Position numbers and translations under genes: made by a program. From Candidatus Methylomirabilia bacterium (GTDB lineage: Bacteria > Methylomirabilota > Methylomirabilia > Rokubacteriales > CSP1-6): DNA of 21,427 nucleotides. The DNA lies in the NCBI GenBank assembly GCA_041492755.1, contig JBGPXN010000072.1, positions 1 through 21,427 of the forward strand. Reading direction: 5' to 3'. Below the pieces are notes generated by a model. The model was not told the origin of the DNA and made no database searches. It saw only the letters and a list, made by a program, of their open reading frames with translations. Below are positions 1 through 7,420 of this stretch, piece by piece (within the stretch, counting starts at the first letter, position 1; each line of letters begins with the position of its first letter).

Positions 1-601
1 GCGCCCACCGCTGCCACGGGCGCTCCGTCAGGGGCGTCAGCGCGTCCGGCGTCGGATAGTCCCGCAGGAAGGCCTGGCCCCACCGGCTCTTGAGGTCGTC
101 CACGACCTCCAGCGCCCGCGGGTAGTACGCCTTGAGGGCGGCCGTGAGTTGGTTGAGCAGGCGCGTCTGCTGCCGCACCTGCCGGGTGTAGTCGCGGGTC
201 AGCCCCTTGAGTTCCTGGGCCGCTTCGGAGCTCGGCCGCAGGGGCGCCAGATGGCCGTGATCGGTGCGCAGGAAGGTGGCCAGCACGCGCGCGTCGAAGG
301 GGTCGCTCTTCGCGCCACTCATCCGGAAGCGATCCCGGGCCCGGTCCACAGCTTTGGGATTGATGGGATAGACCAGGACCCCGTGGTCCAGCAGGAAGTC
401 CACGATCCGGCCCTCCGGCTTCTCGATCGCCGCCCACAGCTCGCGCCCTCCGGCGCGCCGTTCGTCGAGCCACCGGCCAAACTCGCTCAGGCCCTCCACG
501 GTCTGGGCCACGGTGCGGCTCAGGATCTTCGTCCCGGCTTCGTCCTCCACCCACACGGCATGGTCAGCATCCGCCCAATCCACTCCCAGGTAGTCGCGCA
601 T
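1..601 (-). CDS. IS110-family transposase/bridge recombinase, N-terminal RuvC-like DEDD domain (3' partial)
   Basis: Manual translation from ATG 601 with SD GGAGG upstream: MRDYLGVDWADADHAVWVEDEAG...WAAIEKPEG...LVYPINPKAVDRARDRFRMSGAKSDPFDARVLA...RQQTRLLNQL. The GVD, AIE and KSDxxDA motifs give the D-E-D-D set of DEDD_Tnp_IS110. Not in the ORF track because it has no stop in the window. Confidence 0.95.
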   Translation of the reverse strand, partial: MRDYLGVDWADADHAVWVEDEAGTKILSRTVAQTVEGLSEFGRWLDERRAGGRELWAAIEKPEGRIVDFLLDHGVLVYPINPKAVDRARDRFRMSGAKSDPFDARVLATFLRTDHGHLAPLRPSSEAAQELKGLTRDYTRQVRQQTRLLNQLTAALKAYYPRALEVVDDLKSRWGQAFLRDYPTPDALTPLTERPWQRWA

Positions 602-654
602 CGTTCCTCCCAGCCGCCCTCTCTGGGCCACGGCGTGCACGGCGCGCGTCAGCG

Positions 655-820
655 AGCGGGAACGGCCGGCTCCCCCTATATCGGCCCTCGGTGGGGCAAC
701 CTCCTATGAAGCCTTCGGCCGTTCACTCACGAGGCGGGACAGTCCCCACGGGATCCTTAGAACCGGATGGGTATGGAATGGTCCTCATCCCCGCGAGCTC
801 GGTGACACCCTTCACTACGC
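655..820 (-). ncRNA. Putative IS110 bridge RNA (target-binding loop ~726-797, donor-binding loop ~660-724)
   Basis: Stems 726-734/789-797 (G-U pairs form only in - sense), 737-740/781-784, 753-756/765-768, 660-667/717-724 and 668-671/710-713. Loop segments match the target repeat and the element junction. Exact ends unknown. Confidence 0.78.
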
Positions 821-824
821 GGAG

Positions 825-830
825 ATCATA
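825..830 (-). promoter_or_regulatory. -10 element (TATGAT) at the IS110 left end, probably half of a circle-junction promoter
   Basis: TATGAT lies 2 nt inside the left end. IS110 elements assemble a right-end -35 with a left-end -10 on circularisation. Confidence 0.55.
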
Positions 831-832
831 TA

Positions 833-871
833 GGGGTATGGGGGGCCATATCGGGGCCCCCCATGTACTCA
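833..871 (-). repeat. REP-like palindrome, truncated by IS110 insertion
   Basis: Reverse complement matches 3061-3099 at 38/39 nt. 10-bp stem ATGGGGGGCC/GGCCCCCCAT (838-847/855-864) with a 7-nt loop. Confidence 0.9.
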
Positions 872-873
872 GA

Positions 874-923
874 CCGCCGCTCTTCGAGCGGCGGGAGAGG
901 CTTCGGGGGTCCCACTCCGGCTG
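874..923. repeat. Hairpin repeat shared with 13183-13231
   Basis: ccgccgctc-ttc-gagcggcgggagaggcttcgggggtcccactccggctg versus ccgccgctc-tgc-gagcggcggagaggctccgggggtcccactccggctg. Confidence 0.85.
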
Positions 924-1001
924 GCTGGCAGAGGCCACACCGGTGCCACCCGCGCGGTGTTGCGAGCAACACGCATGACCGCTCGACGCTAGGAGACTGA
1001 C

Positions 1002-3038
1002 TTGGCGATCATCGACTGGGGGCGTGAGGTCTGCGGTGGGCTCGGCACCGTGTCGATGCGCGAGTGGCTTTGTACCAACGGCATCGGCGGGTTCGCGTCC
1101 GGCACCGTGGCCGGGCTCCTGAGCCGGCGTTACCACGGCCTGCTGGTGGCCGCGCTGGCGCCGCCGCTCGGGCGCACGCTGCTGGTCTCCAAGCTCGAGG
1201 AGGACGTCGACTACGGCGGCGTCGCCTTCCCGCTGTCGGCCAACCAGTGGGCCGACTCCACGGTCGATCCCAATGGCTACCGTCAGCTCGAGCGCTTCCG
1301 CCTGGACGGGACCACGCCGGTGTGGTCCTACGCGTGCGCCGACGCTCTCGTCGAGAAGTCGGTGTGGATGGAGCCCGGCGCGAACACGACGTACGTGCGC
1401 TACCGGCTCGTCCGCGCGCAGGAACCGCTGCGCCTGGCCCTCCGTGCCCTCGTGAACTACCGCGATTACCACGCCACGACACGCGCCGACGGTTGGCGCA
1501 TGGACGTGCGGCCGGTGGGGCACGGGCTCCGCGTCGTCGCCTTCGATGGTGCCCGGCCGGTGCTCGTCCTTGCCGACCAGGGCGAGGCAAGCGTCTCCCA
1601 CGACTGGTATCGCGCGTTCGCGCTGCTGCGTGAGCGCGAGCGCGGCCTGGACTACGAGGACGACCATCTCCACGCGGGCACCATCCGGTGCGAGCTGCAG
1701 CCGGGCACCGCCCTCACCGTGGTGTTGTCGGCCGAACCCGAGCCGTCGCTCGACGGCGAGGCGGCGTGGAAGCGCCGGCAGGCGTGGGAGGCGGACATCC
1801 TCGCGCAGTGGCGCAAGCAGCCGGCCGCCGAGACGGCGCCGCCGTGGGTCGAGCACCTCGCGCTCGCCGCCGATCAATTCGTGGTGCGCCGGCCGCTCCA
1901 GAACGATCCCGGGGGCATGACGGTCATCGCCGGGTACCACTGGTTCGGCGACTGGGGCCGCGACACCATGATCAGCCTCCCCGGTCTGGCCCTGGCCACC
2001 GGGCGGCCGAAGGTGGCGCAGCAAATCCTGAGAACGTTCGCGCGCTTCGTGGACAAGGGGCTCCTGCCCAACCGGTTCCCGGACAGCGGCGAGACCGCCG
2101 AGTACAACACGGTGGACGCGACGCTCTGGTATTTCGAGGCGATTCGCCGGTACCAGGAGGCGACGGGCGACGAAGGACTCGTCAAAGAGCTCTACCCGGT
2201 GCTGGAAAGCATCCTCCAGTGGCACCGCCAGGGCACGCACTACAGCATTGGCGAAGACCCGGCCGACGGACTGATTCGGGCGGGGGAACCCGGCGTTCAG
2301 CTCACGTGGATGGACGCCAAGGTCGGCGAGTGGGTGGTGACGCCGCGCATCGGCAAGCCGGTCGAGATCAACGCGCTCTGGTACAACGCGCTCCGCGCGA
2401 TGGCGGGCTTCGCCGCCGTCATGAAGCGTCCGACCGCGCCGTGGACCGAGCAGGCCGAGCGAGTGGCGCGCGGCTTCGAACGCTTCTGGAACGACGGGGC
2501 CGGCTATTGCTACGACGTCATCGACGGCCCGAGTGGTGGCGCCGACACCGCGCTGCGCCCGAACCAGATCTTTGCGGTATCGCTGTCGGAGAGCCCACTC
2601 TCGCCCGAGCGTCAGCGTCGGGTGGTCGACGCGTGTGGGCGGCATCTGCTCACCTCGTACGGGCTGCGGAGTCTCGCCCCCGGACACCCCGACTATCGCC
2701 CCTGGTACGGCGGCAATCAGCGCGAGCGTGACGGCGCCTATCACCAGGGCACGGTGTGGGGGTGGCTGCTCGGACCGTTTGCGCTCGCCCACTTCAAGGT
2801 CCACGGCGACGCGGAGACGGCGCTCGGCCTCCTGGCGCCGATGGCCCAGCACCTCAGCGACTACGGAGTCGGCAGCATCGCCGAGATCTTCGACGGCACG
2901 GCGCCCTTTCGGCCGGGCGGCTGCATCGCCCAGGCGTGGAGCGTGGCCGAGACGCTGCGCGCCTGGTGCACGATCACCACGGCGTCGAAGTCGGCGGCGT
3001 CGGCGTCTTCGGCCTCACCCCGCCGCCGCGCGCGCTAG
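1002..3038 (+). CDS. Amylo-alpha-1,6-glucosidase / glycogen debranching enzyme (GDE_N + GDE_C), 678 aa
   Basis: REWLCTNGIGGFASGT, RRYHGLLVAA, IAGYHWFGDWGRDTMISLPGL, QLTWMDAK, AYHQGTVWGWLLG, GCIAQAWSVAE. TTG start with AGGAG SD. Confidence 0.95.
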   Translation: MAIIDWGREVCGGLGTVSMREWLCTNGIGGFASGTVAGLLSRRYHGLLVAALAPPLGRTLLVSKLEEDVDYGGVAFPLSANQWADSTVDPNGYRQLERFRLDGTTPVWSYACADALVEKSVWMEPGANTTYVRYRLVRAQEPLRLALRALVNYRDYHATTRADGWRMDVRPVGHGLRVVAFDGARPVLVLADQGEASVSHDWYRAFALLRERERGLDYEDDHLHAGTIRCELQPGTALTVVLSAEPEPSLDGEAAWKRRQAWEADILAQWRKQPAAETAPPWVEHLALAADQFVVRRPLQNDPGGMTVIAGYHWFGDWGRDTMISLPGLALATGRPKVAQQILRTFARFVDKGLLPNRFPDSGETAEYNTVDATLWYFEAIRRYQEATGDEGLVKELYPVLESILQWHRQGTHYSIGEDPADGLIRAGEPGVQLTWMDAKVGEWVVTPRIGKPVEINALWYNALRAMAGFAAVMKRPTAPWTEQAERVARGFERFWNDGAGYCYDVIDGPSGGADTALRPNQIFAVSLSESPLSPERQRRVVDACGRHLLTSYGLRSLAPGHPDYRPWYGGNQRERDGAYHQGTVWGWLLGPFALAHFKVHGDAETALGLLAPMAQHLSDYGVGSIAEIFDGTAPFRPGGCIAQAWSVAETLRAWCTITTASKSAASASSASPRRRAR

Positions 3039-3060
3039 CCTCCCCCGGTCAGCGGACGAG

Positions 3061-3287
3061 TGAGTACATGGGGGGCCCCGACATGGCCCCCCATACCCCC
3101 CCACGCTCGGAGCGCCCCGGGGAACCCGTGGCGCTCCTCGATACCCCCCGCGCGCCTCGAATTCCCTCACACCCTCTGAGCTCATCGCGGGCCCTGGCAT
3201 GGCCCCCGATACCGCCACCGCTCGGCGGGCGCCGGGGAACCCGGCGACCGCCTCGATCACCGGGATTCGTTCACACCCTCTGACTCA
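3061..3287 (+). repeat. REP-like mosaic repeat cluster between convergent genes
   Basis: Palindrome at 3068-3094, followed by the unit cgctcggagcgccccggggaacccgtggcgctcctcgatacccccc. A degenerate second copy lies at ~3198-3260. tcacaccctctga occurs twice (3167-3179, 3271-3283). Confidence 0.85.
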
Positions 3288-4757
3288 GCGCCCGGCCGTT
3301 GGTTCGAACACGTGCTCGGCGATGAGCTGCGCAACGAGCTCGTGGCCGCGATCGTTCCAGTGGGTGTCATCGCGCCAGTAGAGCAACTCCCGCTCGGCGT
3401 AGGGCCGGAGCAGCGGGTAGAGATTCAGCCCCTCGAAGTCGTGCCGGCGGGCCAGCGCCGCGAGATACCTGATCAGGTACGGCTCGTCGCTCACGCCCTG
3501 CAGGCCGGCAAACCGCGGCGCGTACAGGCGCGCGTCACTGGGCGCGATGACGACGGTGACGTGGAAGCCGGCGCGCGTGGCCAGCGCGCGCATGTCGGCG
3601 AAGACCCGCTCGAGCCGGGGGCGGTTGGGATGGCCCTGCACGGCGGCCTCCGAGCGCGCCGCGCGCTCGACGTACGCGGGGTGAAACAGCTTGTAGCCCA
3701 GCTGCGGCGACTGGTAGAGCGGGATGCGGCGGCGGCGCGCCTCGGTCACGAGCGGGTCGTCCGGCGACGGCGCCCCGCGTCCGGTGCGGATGACGAGATC
3801 GCCGGTGAGCGCGCGGCGCAGCAGACTGCGCCCGCGAACCCCGTCCCGCCCCTCGCGCACGGCATCGCGCACGAGATCGAGCGGGCCCTCGGCGTCCGGA
3901 TCGGACGGCAGTCGGCGCGGCGGGTCGTAGTCGTCGTCGAGGTCGTTCGCTTCGGTCAGCATCCAGATGACGTGACGAGGCCGCGCGCCGCTCGCCAGCA
4001 CGTGCTGGAGGATCAACAGCTCCTGGAGCGGCGAGGCGCCCGTGATCCCGAGGTTGTACACGGGCCGGCCGATCAGGGCTTCCAGCCGTTCCACCCAGAT
4101 GCGCGGCTGGTCCGTCGAGCCGAACGTGTAGGAGTCGCCGAGCGCGAAGATCTCCGACGTCTCGAACGGGCTCGTGTCCCGGAAGCCGTGAGCGTCGATG
4201 CGAAACGTCTCGTACCGGCGCTCGGCGACGGCGGCGAACAGGCGAGACGACTGGAGCAGCGCATCGGACGCAAGATCGCCGTAGCGGAACCCGGCCGCGC
4301 TCGCGTTCGGGCGGTAAATCTGGAAGTTTCGCTCCGTCGGGTAATACCGCCGGATGTCGCGGGTGACCTCCCGGTTCTCGGCGTCCGCCCTCGGCGGCCG
4401 GGCCGCCGAGCCGCTGGCGGCTCGCTCCCAGGCGGCGTAGCTCTGATCGACGACGAGCAGGGCGAGCGCGGTGGCGCCGCTCACGGTGGCGATGCGGAGC
4501 AGACGCTCCGGCACGGGACGTCGCCGGAGCACGACGTAGAGTCCGGCCCAGAGCCCGAGCAGCGCGGCGCCCGCGAGCGCCCACCACGCGCGGAGCACCG
4601 CCGGCCAGCGCTCCGGAATCAGCGCGAGCGACAGATAGGCGAGCAGCAGCCAGAAGGCAAGCGCGACGAGCCCGGTCGTCAGCGCGGGGACGCGCCGCGA
4701 CGGGGGATCGTGCGGTACGCGGCCAGCGCTGACGTGTTCGCCGCCGGTGACGCTCAC
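3285..4757 (-). CDS. Membrane-anchored SGNH hydrolase-like protein (AlgX/AlgJ-type O-acetylation family), ~490 aa
   Basis: About three N-terminal hydrophobic helices, DAHGFRD, block I LGDSYTFG, VYNLGITGASP, and C-terminal YWRDDTHWNDRGH (DxH). Start position uncertain. Confidence 0.8.
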   Translation of the reverse strand: MSVTGGEHVSAGRVPHDPPSRRVPALTTGLVALAFWLLLAYLSLALIPERWPAVLRAWWALAGAALLGLWAGLYVVLRRRPVPERLLRIATVSGATALALLVVDQSYAAWERAASGSAARPPRADAENREVTRDIRRYYPTERNFQIYRPNASAAGFRYGDLASDALLQSSRLFAAVAERRYETFRIDAHGFRDTSPFETSEIFALGDSYTFGSTDQPRIWVERLEALIGRPVYNLGITGASPLQELLILQHVLASGARPRHVIWMLTEANDLDDDYDPPRRLPSDPDAEGPLDLVRDAVREGRDGVRGRSLLRRALTGDLVIRTGRGAPSPDDPLVTEARRRRIPLYQSPQLGYKLFHPAYVERAARSEAAVQGHPNRPRLERVFADMRALATRAGFHVTVVIAPSDARLYAPRFAGLQGVSDEPYLIRYLAALARRHDFEGLNLYPLLRPYAERELLYWRDDTHWNDRGHELVAQLIAEHVFEPTAGR

Positions 4758-4867
4758 GGCGCCGGGATCACGGCGCCGGGATCAGGACGACGCGAGCACG
4801 CGGCCGAGACGCGCCGCCCCGGCTCCCGCCGCGAGACCGGCCAGGGCGGTGAGCGCACATCCTTGGC

Positions 4868-4873
4868 ATTGTA
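4868..4873 (-). promoter_or_regulatory. Candidate -10 element TACAAT upstream of the SGNH gene
   Basis: Near-consensus hexamer in an AT-richer patch of otherwise GC-rich intergenic DNA. No well-spaced -35. Confidence 0.4.
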
Positions 4874-4953
4874 CTGTCCGCTTGGTTCAAAGCGGCGGAT
4901 GACCTGGCCGCGCGGCGGCCAGCACAACCGGCTCGAGGCCCGGTAGGGGCCGC

Positions 4954-5574
4954 TCAGCGGCCGGCGGCCAGCCGTCGAAGGTGGGGGCCGGTGAGGCGCG
5001 TCAGGATCCAGCGCCTTTCGAGCCGCGCGCCGAGACCACGATAGAACCGGATGGCCGGCGCGTTCCAGTCGAGCACCGACCACTCCATGCGCCCGCAGCC
5101 CTTTTGCACGGCGATGCGGGCGATGGCCTGGAGCAGGGCGCGACCGCCGCCGCGTCCGCGCTCTTCGGGGAGGATGAAGAGGTCCTCGAGCCAGAGGCTT
5201 GGGCGCGCCAGGAACGTCGAGTAGGCGAACAGGTAGAGCGCGAGGCCGATCGGGCGGCGACCGCGGTAGCAGATGAGCGCCTCGAAATAGGGCCGGCGCC
5301 CGAAGCCGTGCCGGCGAAAGCGCTCCACCGTCGCCGTGACCTCGGGCGCGAGCCGCTCGTACTCGGCGAGCCCCTTGACGAGCTCGAGGATGGTCGGAAC
5401 GTCGGCGGCGGTGGCGCGCCGGAGACGAAGCTGGCCGTCACTCGGGTCGGACGTTACCCGGCTTCGCGCCTTCTGCGGCCGGCCGGCGTTCCGTGCCTCG
5501 CGCCGCCTCGCCGGTTGCGGTCGGCGGCCGTTTCGTGGACCGCGTTGCGCCGGCCGTGCCGCGCGGCGGCTCAC
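4954..5574 (-). CDS. GNAT family N-acetyltransferase (SSAT/diamine acetyltransferase-like)
   Basis: RRATAADVPTILELVKGLAEYE, YSTFLARPSLWLEDLFILPEERGRGGG, GRMEWSVLDWNAPAIRFY. GTGA overlap with the upstream mini-ORF. The Arg-rich N-terminus may be partly untranslated. Confidence 0.9.
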   Translation of the reverse strand: MSRRAARPAQRGPRNGRRPQPARRREARNAGRPQKARSRVTSDPSDGQLRLRRATAADVPTILELVKGLAEYERLAPEVTATVERFRRHGFGRRPYFEALICYRGRRPIGLALYLFAYSTFLARPSLWLEDLFILPEERGRGGGRALLQAIARIAVQKGCGRMEWSVLDWNAPAIRFYRGLGARLERRWILTRLTGPHLRRLAAGR

Positions 5575-5678
5575 GGCGCCGCCACCGCGACCAGCATCTC
5601 GGTGTATGCCCGCACGCCTCCGTGGAGGTTCTCGAGCAGCGTCTCCACGGTTTCGCGTCCGAGGGCGTCCCAGTCCAC
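5571..5678 (-). pseudogene. 35-codon remnant, probably an M20/M25/M40 peptidase with an in-frame internal deletion
   Basis: AAGGAG SD plus GTG gives MDWDALGRETVETL|LENLHGGVRAYTEMLVAVAAP*. The two halves resemble the first helix and the last helix of M20 metallohydrolases (recognised by eye). Confidence 0.6.
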
Positions 5679-5754
5679 GCGGCTCCTTCCGTGCAGCCGA
5701 GCCGACGCGGCCGGCCGCCGTCGCCGTCGAGTCTAAAGCAAAGTGGCGAGCGCG

Positions 5755-6011
5755 TCAGCGCGCGCGGTGGGTCCAGGCGAGGAGGTCGTCCAGCGGGCGG
5801 GTGTTCAGGACCTGCTCGGGGCCGATCCCGGCCCGGCGCGCGATGCCGACGCCGAGCTCGACGTTGTCGAGGTTCGACAGGTCGTGCGTGTCGGTGCTGA
5901 TCGCGAGCGGGATGCCGAGTTCGGCGGCCCGGCCGGCGTGCGCGTCGTGAAGGTCCATGCGAGAAGCGTCGCCATCTCGTAGAAGAGGCGCGCCAACTCG
6001 AAGTTTTTCAC
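5755..6011 (-). pseudogene. polX: DNA polymerase/3'-5' exonuclease PolX remnant: N-terminus joined out of frame to the PHP C-terminus
   Basis: MKNFELARLFYEMATLL (PolX start), then after a frame change at ~5960, RMDLHDAHAGRAAELGIPLAISTDTHDLSNLDNVELGVGIARRAGIGPEQVLNT (PolX PHP end). Most of the gene is absent. Confidence 0.88.
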
Positions 6012-6018
6012 ATGGCCC

Positions 6019-6028
6019 ATGATACACT
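6019..6028. promoter_or_regulatory. Overlapping divergent -10 elements (TATCAT on -, TACACT on +)
   Basis: atgatacact lies in the 26-bp gap between divergent GTG starts at 6011 and 6038. Neither gene has an evident SD. Confidence 0.55.
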
Positions 6029-6037
6029 CGGCCCCCG

Positions 6038-6406
6038 GTGATAGCCCCGTGGTGCTGGGATCTCATCGAACCCTACTTGCGCCGCAATCTCCTGAACCGT
6101 GGCGTGGAGCGGCCGAGCCGGCGGCAAGTCCTCGAGGAATTCGGGCGGGTGTGGCCCGAGTTCACCGCCACCATCGGTGTGCAGGAGCCGTTCGCGGGCA
6201 CGATCCGGTTCAAGTGGTTGGCTCGTATGGTCACCGGCGAGATGGAGCCGTTCCTGGCCGATCCCGAAGGGTGGATCCGGGAGCGCTACGGTGGTGGCAA
6301 GTTCAAGATGAACCTGCACCACGGCCTGCACTTCGTGAACACCAAGAACTTCAAGCCCGAGGGCGAGCCCCGCTGGCGCGAGGCGCCGGCGCTGCAGCTC
6401 GACTGA
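6038..6406 (+). CDS. Hypothetical protein, 122 aa
   Basis: Strong GC3 codon bias, natural aromatic-rich composition, and first position in a compact operon. Confidence 0.8.
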   Translation: MIAPWCWDLIEPYLRRNLLNRGVERPSRRQVLEEFGRVWPEFTATIGVQEPFAGTIRFKWLARMVTGEMEPFLADPEGWIRERYGGGKFKMNLHHGLHFVNTKNFKPEGEPRWREAPALQLD

Positions 6407-6421
6407 GGGGAGGCGACCCAC

Positions 6422-6604
6422 ATGCCGAGAGATGACACTCGTGCGGTGTTGAAAGCTTTCGGCGTCGCCGTCACCAATCTGGAGAAGGCCATCGACGAGA
6501 AGGCCCCCCTGGCGCAGATCTTCGAGTGGGACGCCGTGCTCGCCGACCGCCTGCGCGAGGTCACTAACCTCGTAGACCGGCTGCGTAGCCGTCGCATCGC
6601 GTGA
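6422..6604 (+). CDS. Small helical hypothetical protein, 60 aa
   Basis: GGAGG SD before the ATG, GTGA coupling to the next gene, and an amphipathic helical pattern. Confidence 0.8.
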   Translation: MPRDDTRAVLKAFGVAVTNLEKAIDEKAPLAQIFEWDAVLADRLREVTNLVDRLRSRRIA

Positions 6605-7416
6605 CCGCGACGGCTCCTGTCGACGCGTCCGGCGTAGAGATCACCCTCGACCGGCCGCCGCGCCGGATCGTCTCGCTCATCCCCAGCACTACCGAAACGC
6701 TCTGCCGGCTCGGCCTCGCCGACGCGCTGGTCGGAATCACCGCGTATTGCCGGGAGCCGCGCGAGGCGCTCGCCGGCAAGACGCGGATCGGCGGCGAGAA
6801 GGATCCCGACCTCGCGCGCATCCGGGATCTCAGTCCGGATCTCGTCATCGCCAACGTGGAGGAGAACCGGGCCGCGGACGTGGAAGCGCTGCGTGGCTGG
6901 GGCATTCCGGTTTGGGTGACCTATCCGCGCACGGTGGCCGAAGGGATCCGGATGGTTCGTGAGCTCGGTGATATCACCGGCGCGACCGCCCGCGCATCGG
7001 CGCTCGCCGACGCGCTCGATCGTCTCCTCGCCGACGTGCGCGTGGCCACCGCGCGCCGGCCGCCGGTCTCGGTGTTCTACGCCATCTGGCGCGAGCCCTA
7101 CATGACGATCGGCGCGGATACCTACATCCACGACATGCTGGCGACGTGCGGCGGCGCCAACGTGTTCGCGGACCGGCCGGAGCGTTATCCGGCCGTGTCG
7201 CTCGACGAGGTCGCGGCGCGCGGACCGCGCGTGATCTTGTTGCCGGACGAGCCGTTCCGTTTCCGCCGCGCCCACCTGGCCGACTTCACGCCGTATGGGG
7301 ACATCCCGGCCGTCCGTGACCGCCGCCTTCACCTTGTCGACGGCAAGCCGTTTTCCTGGCACGGCCCGCGGATCGCCGACGCGCTGGGCACGCTCCCCAG
7401 CCTGTTCGAGGTCTGA
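6601..7416 (+). CDS. BtuF/TroA-like helical-backbone metal/cobalamin-binding protein without a signal peptide, 271 aa
   Basis: PPRRIVSLIPSTTETL, IGGEKDPDLARIRDLSPDLVIANVEEN, PYMTIGADTYIHDML, LVDGKPFSWHGPR. Confidence 0.88.
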   Translation: MTATAPVDASGVEITLDRPPRRIVSLIPSTTETLCRLGLADALVGITAYCREPREALAGKTRIGGEKDPDLARIRDLSPDLVIANVEENRAADVEALRGWGIPVWVTYPRTVAEGIRMVRELGDITGATARASALADALDRLLADVRVATARRPPVSVFYAIWREPYMTIGADTYIHDMLATCGGANVFADRPERYPAVSLDEVAARGPRVILLPDEPFRFRRAHLADFTPYGDIPAVRDRRLHLVDGKPFSWHGPRIADALGTLPSLFEV

Positions 7417-7420
7417 CACC

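Larger units (their letters stand above)
1..832 (-). mobile_element. IS110-family insertion sequence, left part (continues beyond window start)
   Basis: IS110 recombinase CDS at <1..601 plus a ~230-bp non-coding left end. The boundary at ~832/833 is where identity to the intact REP-like copy (3061-3105) breaks: minus strand ...ccatacccc|tatatgatc. Confidence 0.88.

Noticed and set aside
149..709. 186-aa + strand ORF
   Set aside because: Antisense shadow of the IS110 recombinase, which has clear motifs and an SD on the - strand.
723..2852. 709-aa - strand ORF
   Set aside because: Shadow of the debranching enzyme. Long antisense frames are expected at high GC, and it has no motifs.
5755..6020. 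Programmed frameshift producing a functional PolX
   Set aside because: Even if joined, only ~85 codons remain. The polymerase core and most of the PHP domain are missing.
6406..6600. Cobalamin riboswitch upstream of the BtuF-like gene
   Set aside because: The region is occupied by a coupled ORF and I saw no B12-box motifs.
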